From: Octopus sinensis
Taxonomy: Eukaryota
NCBI RefSeq assembly: GCF_006345805.1
Contig: NC_043005.1
Span: forward strand, 85,994,001-86,058,000
Reading direction: 5' to 3'
Length of the DNA stretch: 64,000 bases
A program made the position numbers and the translations under genes. Every line of letters starts with the position of its first letter. The stretch's first letter is position 1. The notes under the pieces were generated by a model, which had not been told where the DNA came from, ran no database searches, and was given only the letters and a program-made list of their open reading frames with translations. Positions 40,620-52,129 of this stretch are shown here, in pieces.

Positions 40620-40739
40620 CCTTTCTACTAAAGGTACAAGGCCTCAAATTTCTGGGGAGAGGACTAGTCTATTACACCCACGTCAGAGTTTCCGGGGTAC
40701 TTAATTTATCGGTCCCGACGAAAGGATGAAAGGCGAAGT

Positions 40740-41200
40740 TAAATCACCTGGATGACTTAAAGATCTTCGGGAAGAGTGAAGTTGAAGTAAATAGTCTGGT
40801 TTCAAAAGTACAGATACTCAGTAAGGATCTCGGGATGGAATTTGGTATTTAAAATGTGGCATGCTTATCATAAAAAATGTATTGTTGGGTAGAACCACCC
40901 AACGACGAGAGAATCAAGGAAACTGAGATTGATGGAGTACCTGGGTATCTTGGAGTAATAATGAACAAGGAACTGTACCCTCAGAGCAATATAGATAGAC
41001 TGTTGTACTTAGATAGCAGGAGGGAAGGTGTATCTGAGATGCAAGATCTGTGTTGCCAACGAGAAGTCTGGTATTGTACCTCAAACAACAGAGTGAATCC
41101 TCGTTTGTCGCGGTTAGAAATAATAACACGATATCTACCGAAAATGTGACTTCCCACAAAACATTTCAGAAGCAAGATGGACTGGAAAACGAAATGAAAA
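40740..41200 (+). mobile_element. R4/Dong-type RT relic with internal deletions
   Basis: HLDDLKIFGKSEVEVNSLV...DLGMEFG, YLGV and IDRLLYL..RREG motifs. Confidence 0.6.
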
Positions 41201-41371
41201 CAATTCATAGGCACTACCTCAGAGAAACCGACGGAACTTCCTATGCTTTTGGCTTTCGACATCTTTTCATCTGCTCCTGAGATTTTCGATTCCACTGTCG
41301 CCTATGTTGCTGCTACCGCTGCTGCTGCCCCGGTCATTACTCCTCTTCCTCCTCCTCCTCCTCCTCTACTA

Positions 41372-41403
<32 letters not shown>

Positions 41404-43799
41404 ACTACTACTACTACTAATACTACTACTATTGCTGCTGCTACTTCTACTGCTGCTACTACTACTGCTGCTGCTGCTACTACCAATACTACTGCTACTA
41501 CTATTTTTTCACCTCTCTCTCTCTTCTCAGTTACCGTCGGAAAATATTATTTTACCCCCTAAGATCAAAAGCACAGGGTTTGAGGGACTTGCAACATCTT
41601 ACTTGAAGTGTTTTCATTGGTACACAAAATACAACTATTTAGAATTCATGAGACCAAAACGCAATTCTGTTTATAAAAACTCAAAAATATAAAAATATGA
41701 GATGAACTTAAGTCTATATAAATGAACACATAATTGTACCGAAGCAAAATTGTGAGCAACGTCTTCGGAGGTGCATCTGTGGTAGTCGTTTCGATGGACC
41801 ACTGTAGTTGACAATAGTTATTTCAGTAGAAATTTTATCAATTTCATCCAAACCTCAGAAAGATAATTTGAATTCCATTTGAATTTATGAACTGCATAGA
41901 TACACAAATTTGAATATCATACGAATTTTGTCAAAAGCTGTAATATTTCTTTTAGGTTTTCCATAATAAAAATGATGACGATTGGTTTAGAATAAGCACA
42001 ATAGCTCCTCTATAATGGTTATAAAACATGTGTTGTCTTGGAGTAATTGCTTTCCCAAAAGACATTACCGGATTACCATTTACGTGTTCATTCTACTAAT
42101 GATAGGCCGAGAGGTTTGTGTAATACATTATGAAATTATAAACATGAAAGGAAACGTGATTTCCTGTGGGACCTGGACGTATGGCAGCTTATACCGAATG
42201 CAATTTGTCAACACGGCCATGTTTGAGTACGATTAGCAAATAACACTGTCTTTATAGGAGACAGGCTTAGCTTCAATATCTGAAATGTCATTTAATTTAG
42301 TGAAATAGCCTTTAGCTCTAATGAGATTTTAGAAACCGAAGCATAAGGTCTTCTGTTTGTAAGCTTAGTTTGTACGGGCTATGACGCAATACATAAAGTG
42401 CTGAAGCTTACACCTTATTCAAATAAATTTGCTTGCTGCGAATAATTTGTAATTAATTCTACTTACAAAATATATTTCCATGTTTAAAACATTTTCAGTC
42501 AAGCAATACATTAAGAAGTGAAAGTGTACAGTATTAAGTTCATGTGTAAGTTGCTTAAACATTGGTGGGAAGCGTACGTGATGCCACAACTACTAATATT
42601 ACAAAACTGACCATTTGCAAATAAATTCCTTGAAATTTTGCTGACTGAAAGTTGGTGTTCTAATCCCAAGAACTACTGTGTGACATCATAGATTGATTAT
42701 ATTGAATTAAGCCTTTACAGTTTACCACCGAATATCAAATTTTGCTTGGTTTTTCTGAAACTCTTTGATATATGTTCGTTCAACCAAACATATTATCAAA
42801 GAGTATAGAACAACCGATTAGTCTCAGTGTAATCAATTCAAACATCAAAATATTTTCCAGGTCGCAATAAAGAGAGATCTAATCCTTGTAAATCAGTTGT
42901 TACAAGATGGTTATGACACATTCAATATTTTCCAAAATACTTTTTCGAGCGATATCTTACCGGTTTTCTAAGAATTTTTCAAAGTTTGGTTAAATCTCAA
43001 ACTTTCTTTATTAACTGCAACGATAAATGGAGTAGGGTATTAAAAGTCGTCAGATCATCGGACAAAATTCTCCTACTTCTCTGTGTTTAGGGTTCAAATC
43101 CCACCGGAAAAAATATTTGCCTCTTATCTTGTTCAGGTTGATTTAATCGTAATTTCCGATCCCACAAAATTCCAGACTTAGTATCTATATTAATTTCAAA
43201 TTATTGCACAAAGCAAACATTTTCGGAGCAAACAATCGAACGCACAACGATATGATCCTGACTTAATCACTCAAACACCCAAACCACAAGGACACGCGAT
43301 TTCTTTCTAGAACTCCAACACTCGAAACCAATCAGCTTTTACTATAAGCTTACCTTTTCTATATTTGAGAGGACGGGAATGGTGAAGGGTGTTGGTATTG
43401 GTGGAGTAGATTAAAATTAATCTCTTGGAAATACTCATCACCAGAAGGTGATGGCTTCAGTCCATAACAATATATATATATATTTATGGCTGGCATCAAC
43501 AGCGTGAATACTATCATTACAGTTACAGCCATGGCCACCACCCGCTACCGTCGCCAACATAATACTTTCAATCTCATAAACATTATCGCCATAATCATAG
43601 TGGTCAGCATAAAGAGCACCAGCTGAGCGAGTATCGTAATTATATTGATCATCGCAAGTGGACACCACACCTCCCCAAAATCAGAACTCTGCTGACATCA
43701 TTCCAAAACTCACCACCACGACCCAACCCAGGACCTGGTATCACAGTCGTGTTTGTAGGCCACGACTCTTATTACCGCTGTACTTACCATTACGACGAC

Positions 43800-44720
43800 G
43801 ACAATGATTATGATTATCACCATCATCATTACTGTCATTAGTATTGTCAGCCTCATCATCTTCGTCATCATCATCAACGCCCTCCTCCTCCTCCTCCTCA
43901 TCATCATCATCATCACCATCTCCACTATCATCTTCATCATCATCCTCATCACCACTACCACCACCACCATCATCACCACCATCATCATCTTCATCATCAT
44001 CATCACCATCATCACCACTACCACCACCATCATAATCATCATCATCATCATCATCATCACCACCACCACCATCATCTTCATCATCATCACCACCATCACC
44101 ACCACCACCACGGCTACCACCACCACCATCAACATCTTCATCATCATATTCACCATCATCGCCACTACCACCACCATCATGATCGTCATTATCATCATAA
44201 TCATCATCAACACCACCATCATCATCACCATCATCATCAACAGTTGTCTCGAAGCAAGCCTTGTCACTGACCCGCTCCGCATACATCTAATATCATCAAC
44301 ATCCGATTTGTGTTTAACGTCGAAAATTTAGATTGGAAATCATGAAAAAATTTTGAGAGGAAATCACTATCTGTTTTTCCCGGTATTGTAGCAGCTATCA
44401 TCAACATCATAATTCTCCTCCTCCTCCTCCTCCGTCTCATCATCATCATCATTATCATCATCATCATCATCATCATCATCGTCGTCGTCGTCGTCGTCGT
44501 CATCATCATCATCATTACCACCACCATCATCATCATCATCATCGTCGTCATCATCATCATCATCATCATTATCGTCTTCAACAACAACATCATCCTCAGC
44601 ATCATAGCCACTATCATCACCGCCATCACCATGAACAGCAGTTGCACCACGATCAACACCACCACCACCACCACTACCAACACCACATCCACCACTGTCG
44701 ACACCACTGCCCCCCCCCCA
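43800..44720. repeat. (CAT)n/(CAC)n compound trinucleotide region
   Basis: Direct inspection. Confidence 0.95.
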
Positions 44721-45075
44721 TCATGAAAATTGAGGTCGTTACCACGATGACAACTAATTTCCTGATGAGCACGATGGTGTGATAAATCCAGTGAATACCT
44801 CCGAATTGTATTTCTGCTGATAGTTGGTGTTATTGGCGAGTTTCTTGTCGCTGCAATAAAACCGAGATGTTTATTGTATTTTATATTTCACTGAACTAAA
44901 TATACGATCAATAAAATAAATATGAAAAAGGCACAATGGCTATAAGTTGGTTCACATATATATATATATATATATATACACAAATTCACACGCTGACACA
45001 CAGATACTCCAGATACACATACACGCACACGTATATAACTAGAGAAAAAAGATATATGTATGTGTGCACGCGCGC

Positions 45076-45168
<93 letters not shown>

Positions 45169-45180
45169 AAATATATATAT

Positions 45181-45383
45181 GGAGATGTACTCGCATAGCA
45201 AGTAATTTGATCTGAGATTGTGTGCTGAAACGAAAACAATTGCAGCGTGGAAGGTGTTTGTAAGCCATTTAAGAAACACACAAGAGCCGTTCGATTCACT
45301 TCAACATTTAAGTTTAATTTGTCAAAATATTTACGTCGCTAAAATCCGCGACCTGTTCACTGACAAAAATCCGTGCAGCACGG
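45181..45383 (-). mobile_element. short (TA)n-embedded element carrying a G3:C8 hammerhead fold (45320-45365, A13U mutant copy)
   Basis: Homologous to 48444-48570 plus 48909-48976; UGUCA-GUGAACA-G-GUCGC...GCGAC-GUAA-AUAU-U-U-UGACA. Confidence 0.75.
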
Positions 45384-45396
45384 ATATATATGTATG

Positions 45397-45493
<97 letters not shown>

Positions 45494-45559
45494 ATAAATG
45501 TATATATACGTATATATATGCATATATATATATATATAGCATCTTTAGCACATAAGAAT

Positions 45560-46430
45560 CCATCTGTATACTACAAGTCAGCTCTACGCATTAGAGCCAA
45601 AGCCGCTTACGTGCAAAATAAAATGACTCGCATAAGCGATAGATGGAACAACTCATCTGAAAATCTTCCAACACTAAGCGGTTCCTTAAGAACCTAATAA
45701 ATAACCACTGTTCACCATCTTTAGCTAAACGACTGCATCTAAAAACACTAAAGTAAACCACATAAGAGGGCACATAATCCCAAATCTGAAATGCGTTTCT
45801 TCAAACCACCCTACTTCGATGACCGAACCACTGCGCCCATGCTACATGCGATTCGCTGAGAGGAACCCAGTATGCATACGGTGCACACCGGTCAGACAGT
45901 GGGGAAATTTCTGTTGAGGAAATGTAACACTCGTGACATTGTGATGTGCACACTGTCTAATTGACCAATCAATGACTTCAAAGTGTATTCTAGGACCTGT
46001 GTGGTTTATAAAAACCTTTTAGTAAATATGGGACCTCCTACATATTGGGTACTGTCAGGGAATTGCACGATCGAACAAAAGAACTCCAAAAGACGGTGCC
46101 AAATCCAAGATTTCAAAGTATTCATTAGGAACACAAAGTGCATGAAAAGCAATTGAGAATCATGGTGGTCCAGCTTATGAATAACTTGAAACCAACAATA
46201 TACCACGAGAAGTTACTATAATAACACCAATCTGCGAATGTCACTTTCTTCATTCTTCCTTCTTCATCCTTCCTTCCCACGCATTTTTCCGTCCTCCGTT
46301 TTCCCCAGATGGCCTGAAGAAGAGGTTATAGCCTCAAAATATAGAAATATAATGTAAAATTACAATTTAGAGCCTTACACAATAAATCCCTTTAACGCTT
46401 ATATCTCACAATACTTCATCCATGCTACAC
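45560..46430 (+). mobile_element. decayed Penelope-like element 3' part (GIY-YIG relic plus hammerhead relic)
   Basis: SRTCVVYK / SKYGTSYILGTVRELHDRTKEL / DFKVF...ESWW across frameshifts; CUGAAGA-A-GAGG-UUAUAG-CCUC-aAAA at 46314-46339. Confidence 0.55.
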
Positions 46431-46434
46431 CGTA

Positions 46435-46498
<64 letters not shown>

Positions 46499-46777
46499 GA
46501 TATACATAGATATATGCATACATATATGTGCAAACACACACACACACGTGCACACACATACATACACACACACACACACACACAACACCACACACACATA
46601 TATATATAGGTAAATTTCCAAAGTAGGTTGGTAGGGTTATATAATCCTAACAGGTAACATATGCAGGTGCAGAAATGGAAAGACGTGATTGACAGCAGAA
46701 TAAAACTTAGATAATAAATCTCCATTCTCATATCATTATTAATATACATATATATGTATATATATACATATATATAT

Positions 46778-46810
<33 letters not shown>

Positions 46811-47061
46811 ATATACATATATATATAATACATATATATATATAATACATATATATATATATCTGTATATATATATATATATATAAATTGAGATAGGAGT
46901 TGTAAATGCAACCCTCCATGGGATAACATATATCCAATATACTGCTAGTGAAGTACCCAACAAAGTTAATACATAAATGCTAATGATTGCGATGCAATCA
47001 AATCATCTACTGTATTATATGGGCAAAGGTAAAATGATTTACCACAAATTACTAATACAAG

Positions 47062-47263
47062 ATTAGAAAATGGAGAAATACATCTAAATCAAATATCAAT
47101 TACCAGATAATACTCAATCACATACTTTATCAAACCACCACATAAGAGACTGTAGGGTTAAATATAACCCTACAGTCTCTTATGTGATGGTTTAATAAAG
47201 TATGTGATTGAGTATTATCTGGTAATTGATATTTGATTTAGATGTATTTCTCCATTTTCTAAT
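47062..47263. repeat. near-perfect palindrome, 99-bp arms, 4-nt loop
   Basis: Arms 47062-47160 and 47165-47263; two mismatches seen. Confidence 0.95.
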
Positions 47264-47288
47264 ACATAGCAGAGTAAATTAATTTATT

Positions 47289-47400
47289 TTATAGAAGGAG
47301 CTTCTACAGGACTAGAACTGTTTCATTCAAAAGAAATCATCAGGAAGCTTCCTGATGATTTCTTTTGAATGAAACAGTTCTAGTCCTGTAGAAGCTCCTT

Positions 47401-47406
<6 letters not shown>
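47289..47406. repeat. perfect 118-bp palindrome with no spacer
   Basis: Centred on aag|ctt (47347/47348); 59-bp arms. Confidence 0.95.
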
Positions 47407-47482
<76 letters not shown>

Positions 47483-47535
47483 GTATATATGTATATATAT
47501 ATATATATATATCTGTATGTATCTATCTATCTGTA

Positions 47536-47585
<50 letters not shown>

Positions 47586-48271
47586 GTATGCTGTAGGTAA
47601 CAACAATAGTAGTGCGCTATCCGCAACATAAGCTATTACCTTTAAGGAAAGGTAATAGCTTAATATATTATTGACACTCATCTCACAGCCCTACTCATTA
47701 CAATCCACTTATGGTACACTCTAGGAGACCTCAGCTTTGCACGACCTGCTACAAATATACGGCAAATCCTTTTCAAATCAAAGCCAAAAAGAATATTATT
47801 GCTGACGATTTGGGGAATATTCCAAGCTGCTTCAGTATGAGGCTTCGTTATTTTTACAGAGAATATTGTGAGAACCGTGTGTAATCCATGTACCGTATCA
47901 TTTTATTGACGCAGTTCTCCCTACAGTTTTCTTGGCGCGGTGGGTTGTGACTAGGATAAATGAAACGAGCGAAATATAATTTATTTCCAATGCAATCATT
48001 TAGTTATTCAAAGAGATGCATTTGTCCCATTGTTTGAATTTGGAGCCTTCTGATTTGTGAGAGCGTGATGTTTAACAAATTGCGAGATACAATATGCAGT
48101 ATTCAATGCAATTGTAGTTTAGATAAAGAGAATTTTGTTTCGTAACTCGTATCTACACAACTGGCAACACATAGCTGTGTACACATGCACATACATACAT
48201 GTGCATATACATATATGCACACACACACATTCACACACACTCACACACACACACACACACATACACACACG

Positions 48272-48303
<32 letters not shown>

Positions 48304-48575
48304 CATATGTACAAAACTTTTTATTCCTAAAAATTTGTTCTCAACATGACAGTAACAAATCAGCGACAGTATAATATAAAATTGTTTTTATTATAACTAA
48401 ACGTAAAAACAAACATTTATCCACAGTGATTATAAAACATTACGGAGATGTACTTGTATGACGAGTGACTTGAACTGAGATCGTGTGCTGAAGAAGCCAA
48501 ATCATTTGCAGTGTAGATGTTTGTAACCATTCAAGAACATACAAAGGCTCTTAGTTTCACGGCACAACTTAAATA

Positions 48576-48731
48576 CAGAAGTCCCCTTGCATTTACGTAA
48601 TGATATGAAGGAGGAGGGTTAGTTTTTAAGGTTAGATAGGTTTAGGGTGTACCTACACGTCCATACAGTGAACATTTAAAATGTTTTGTACCTAACAACT
48701 GTATTTAAGTAGTACCATTAAGGGACCTCTG
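48576..48731. mobile_element. TA-flanked MITE (Tc1/pogo-like termini)
   Basis: TA|cagaagtcccct ... agggacctctg|TA; lies inside the 48444-49007 element. Confidence 0.55.
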
Positions 48732-48920
48732 TATTAAAGTATTACCAGTTTCACTTCAATATTAACATTTCACCAGCCGAGGTCGACTTTGCCTGTTATC
48801 CTTTCGGGGTCGATCAATTAAGTACAAGTTGTGTACTGAAATCGATCTAATCGACTAGTCTCTTACCCCAAAATTCCGGGCCTTGTGCCTAGAGTAGAAA
48901 AGAACATAAAATTTCATTTC

Positions 48921-48967
48921 TGTCAAAATATTTTCGTCGCTTTGAAACCGCGACTTGTTCACTGACA
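48921..48967 (-). ncRNA. minimal type-I hammerhead ribozyme with G3:C8 core variant, structurally intact
   Basis: UGUCA-GUGAACA-A-GUCGC-GGUUUCAAA-GCGAC-GAAA-AUAU-U-U-UGACA; stems I and II are 5 bp, stem III is the palindrome AAUAUU. Confidence 0.75.
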
Positions 48968-49134
48968 AAACTTCACAAAAGTGATGCAGTACGAAGTTTG
49001 GTCAGTGAGCACACACACACACATATTCATTGCATCTTATTTATGTGTATGTGTATCTATATGTGTGTGCTAGCGTTTTATTGTTGTGTGTGTGTCACTG
49101 TTGAAGTCGCTCATGCATGTTGTTGGTGTATATA

Positions 49135-49348
49135 TTTATTTCTTTAGAAATAAATATATAGAGGGGACAAACAAAGGGATTAAGTCGATTACACCAACCA
49201 CATGCGTAACCGGCAGTTATTTAATCTACCCCGGAAGGATGAAAGGCAAAGTCGACCTCGGCAGAATTTGAACTCAGAACGTAACGGCAGATGAAATACC
49301 AGTAAGCAGTTAGTCCGGTGTGCTAACAATTCTGCCAGCTCGCCACCA
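49135..49348 (-). mobile_element. SINE family A
   Basis: ggatgaaaggcaaagtcgacctcggcagaatttgaactcagaacg...ccagctcgcc. Confidence 0.85.
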
Positions 49349-51172
49349 TTTGTTTGTGTATACATCGGCTTAGTGGTATAGAATGTTTGGTAACTGTAAA
49401 TAAGGTGCAAGTTTCGAATACTCCTAGGTAAATTTTTTTGTCCTCGTCTTCTAATAGAAATTGCCCAACTTTCTAGGCTCTTCACACAGCTATTCCGCGT
49501 TAAAAAATTTTACGGGTATTTTTAAAAAAATTAATTCAATAAATAATGTTTCTACATTATGTATACATTTATAAACTAAAAAGAGAATTTGAAAATGTAA
49601 ATGGAATACTCCGCAGTGGATATTTAAATTTGTGAGTAATCGGAGTTTAAAAAATTCATTAAACACGGGAAATCGAAATTATCGGAAATTTCTTAGAACA
49701 TGAATTTATAATAAAATTTCCAGACTGGCAACCCTTTAATGATTGCTTGCTTTTAGTACTTTTAGTAATTGTTACATCCCTAATTAATACATTGCTTACT
49801 CTATTATAGTATAGACAAGGGCGTTTTTTAAAAAGACACCAGTTTTGCTAAAAGTAGGAGTCAAAACACTCCGAACCCACAAAAATTAACACCATATGTT
49901 CACAGGCATGGTTGGAAAAAACTAAGTGACATAAGGATTGCATCTTATCCCTGCATTATTGCAAAAGACAATGTCAGTTAACCTATATCATGATTTGAAA
50001 TTTAGCATCAAAACACGCTTGATTCTCCACAGTCAAGTCTACTAATTACAAGCTCTTCTATATCTTCTGGTGAAATATGCCTTTGTCAAAGCGTACAGCT
50101 TTTTCAAATACAGTACCTGATACCAATTCTCTCAGTTAGTTAACCCAAGAGCACACATCGGATCCTCAGCCACTCCCGCCTTATATCAGGAATAGGGAAT
50201 GCAGTTGAATCGAACCAGCGAATTCTCACCGCCAAGCGACGGAGACTCCCCATACAATATTTATATTCTGTCGTATATAATAAAACAGATTTGCCAAGAG
50301 AATAATAAACCACTTCAAGAAATCACTAGGAATTTTTTTTAAATGTCCACAGTCAATGAGAGCAGATGATATATTTTAAAAGAAGTTCAATAATATTTTT
50401 CAAATACAATTTGTCTAATGTTTTTCCCAAGCAAAACAGTGAAAAATCAAAACATAATAACAATCATTGGTCTAATGTTTGTATTAGTAACATGATTAGC
50501 AAAACATTGTTCAAGTCCTTTCGTTCCCCAAGCACACAGCTGTTATTTTAAATCAAACTGCGTACTGAAGTGTTTACAATGATGCTCAAGTATGTATTAC
50601 GCTGTAAATACATAAATATACAAAGCTGGCGAGATATGTAGAACAATGTTCGTAGATTCTGGTGGTCTTTCATCGCAAGCACACACAAACACACACATCC
50701 CCGTCTATTTATAAAACCATGAAAACATAAAACCTAAAACCAGAAGATATGGGAGATGAATAAATATCTATTTAACCACGTGTAACACATAGGGTTACGG
50801 CCGTTTTGTAACCTTCTTTATGTAGTATTAATTTTAGTGTGTAAGAAAGTAGAACAGGCAAAGCATTGTGAGTGAATTTGGTAAACGGAAACGGAAAGAA
50901 GGCCGTCACACAAACACACATATTATCATCATCACCTTATATATATATATATACACACACACATATATATATATATATAATATATATATTTGTAAATTAG
51001 ATAAAAACCACTATTATGTAATTCAAACAATGATAGACATAAACCAAATCAAAGACAAAATAAAATATATTATAAAACATATAACTAGATCACAAAACGT
51101 ACAAAAATATGAATAAACAATATATAAGTAAAAAAACAAATTCACTCATAAACACACACACACGCACACACA

Positions 51173-51210
<38 letters not shown>

Positions 51211-52129
51211 TGCATTTGTCATACAGCTGTTAGTATGTTTACGTCCGCATAATTTAGCAGTTCATTAAAACTGACCTATAATATAAGTCCCAGGCATTAC
51301 AACTGAGAAAATAACTAAGAACTGGAGTTGAGTCTTTGAACTGAAATCTTTCAAGGTGGTGCTCCAGCATGGCGGCAGTCTAATGACTGAAACTAGTAAA
51401 AAGAAACGAAACCTTCCTCTGTTTAAGCATTAAAGCTTTAACTGAGAAGGGTTTACGTAATGGAGGCATTTCTTATTGTATATTACGCAAACTTGAAACG
51501 TACGTATTAAATGATCTAAGTACAAACTGGCCAGTCTTAATTCCATTCATGCTGATACTCTAACAACTATTTGAAGTAGATTGTTATATTTGATACGAAT
51601 CAAAATTCTGGTTCTTGGAAACATTTCTTAGTGCAACACCAAATATGAATTCCGAATCAGAAATGAGTTCAGTGCGACGAATGCATACATCACTTTGACT
51701 TTTAACTTCTACTTGTTTTGGCCATGCGGGACACAGCCTTGGTGGTTGTTTCTTAGTCATACAACTTGGCACCAGTAAATATTCCGGAACTTCTATTAGT
51801 TTATTTTTACGGAATATCTAATTTACGGAGGCATAAGTTAAAACCGGTTGTTAAGAGGTGGGGAGGATAGTTATGTTACACATACATGCATACGCATACA
51901 AATATATATTCGGCATACGATAAGATTACACGCAGTTTCCTTCTAAGAAATTCAGTCACAAGGCATTGGTTACCCACGGTCTAAGGAAGAAGAGATTTGC
52001 GCCTTGTGACGAAACTGATAAGTGAAGGTATGTGAATAGTTATTTTGAAGTGTAGAACGAATCCAGTAAGTGAATGTGAACATGGTGAAGATCGTCCAAA
52101 CGTGTTCCATTTGGCGTGAAAAGTATTCA

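Noticed and set aside
41950-42400. Possible piggyBac-like transposase relic
   Set aside because: Only vague resemblance across many stops; no DDD motifs or TTAA termini identified.
42960-43022. Minus-strand acceptor/donor pair enclosing ~55 nt
   Set aside because: Stop codons in all three frames.
44761-44790. CUGAUGA-GCAC-GAUG-GUGU followed by GAUA
   Set aside because: The GAAA core, stem III and stem I are missing, so it is not a supportable hammerhead.
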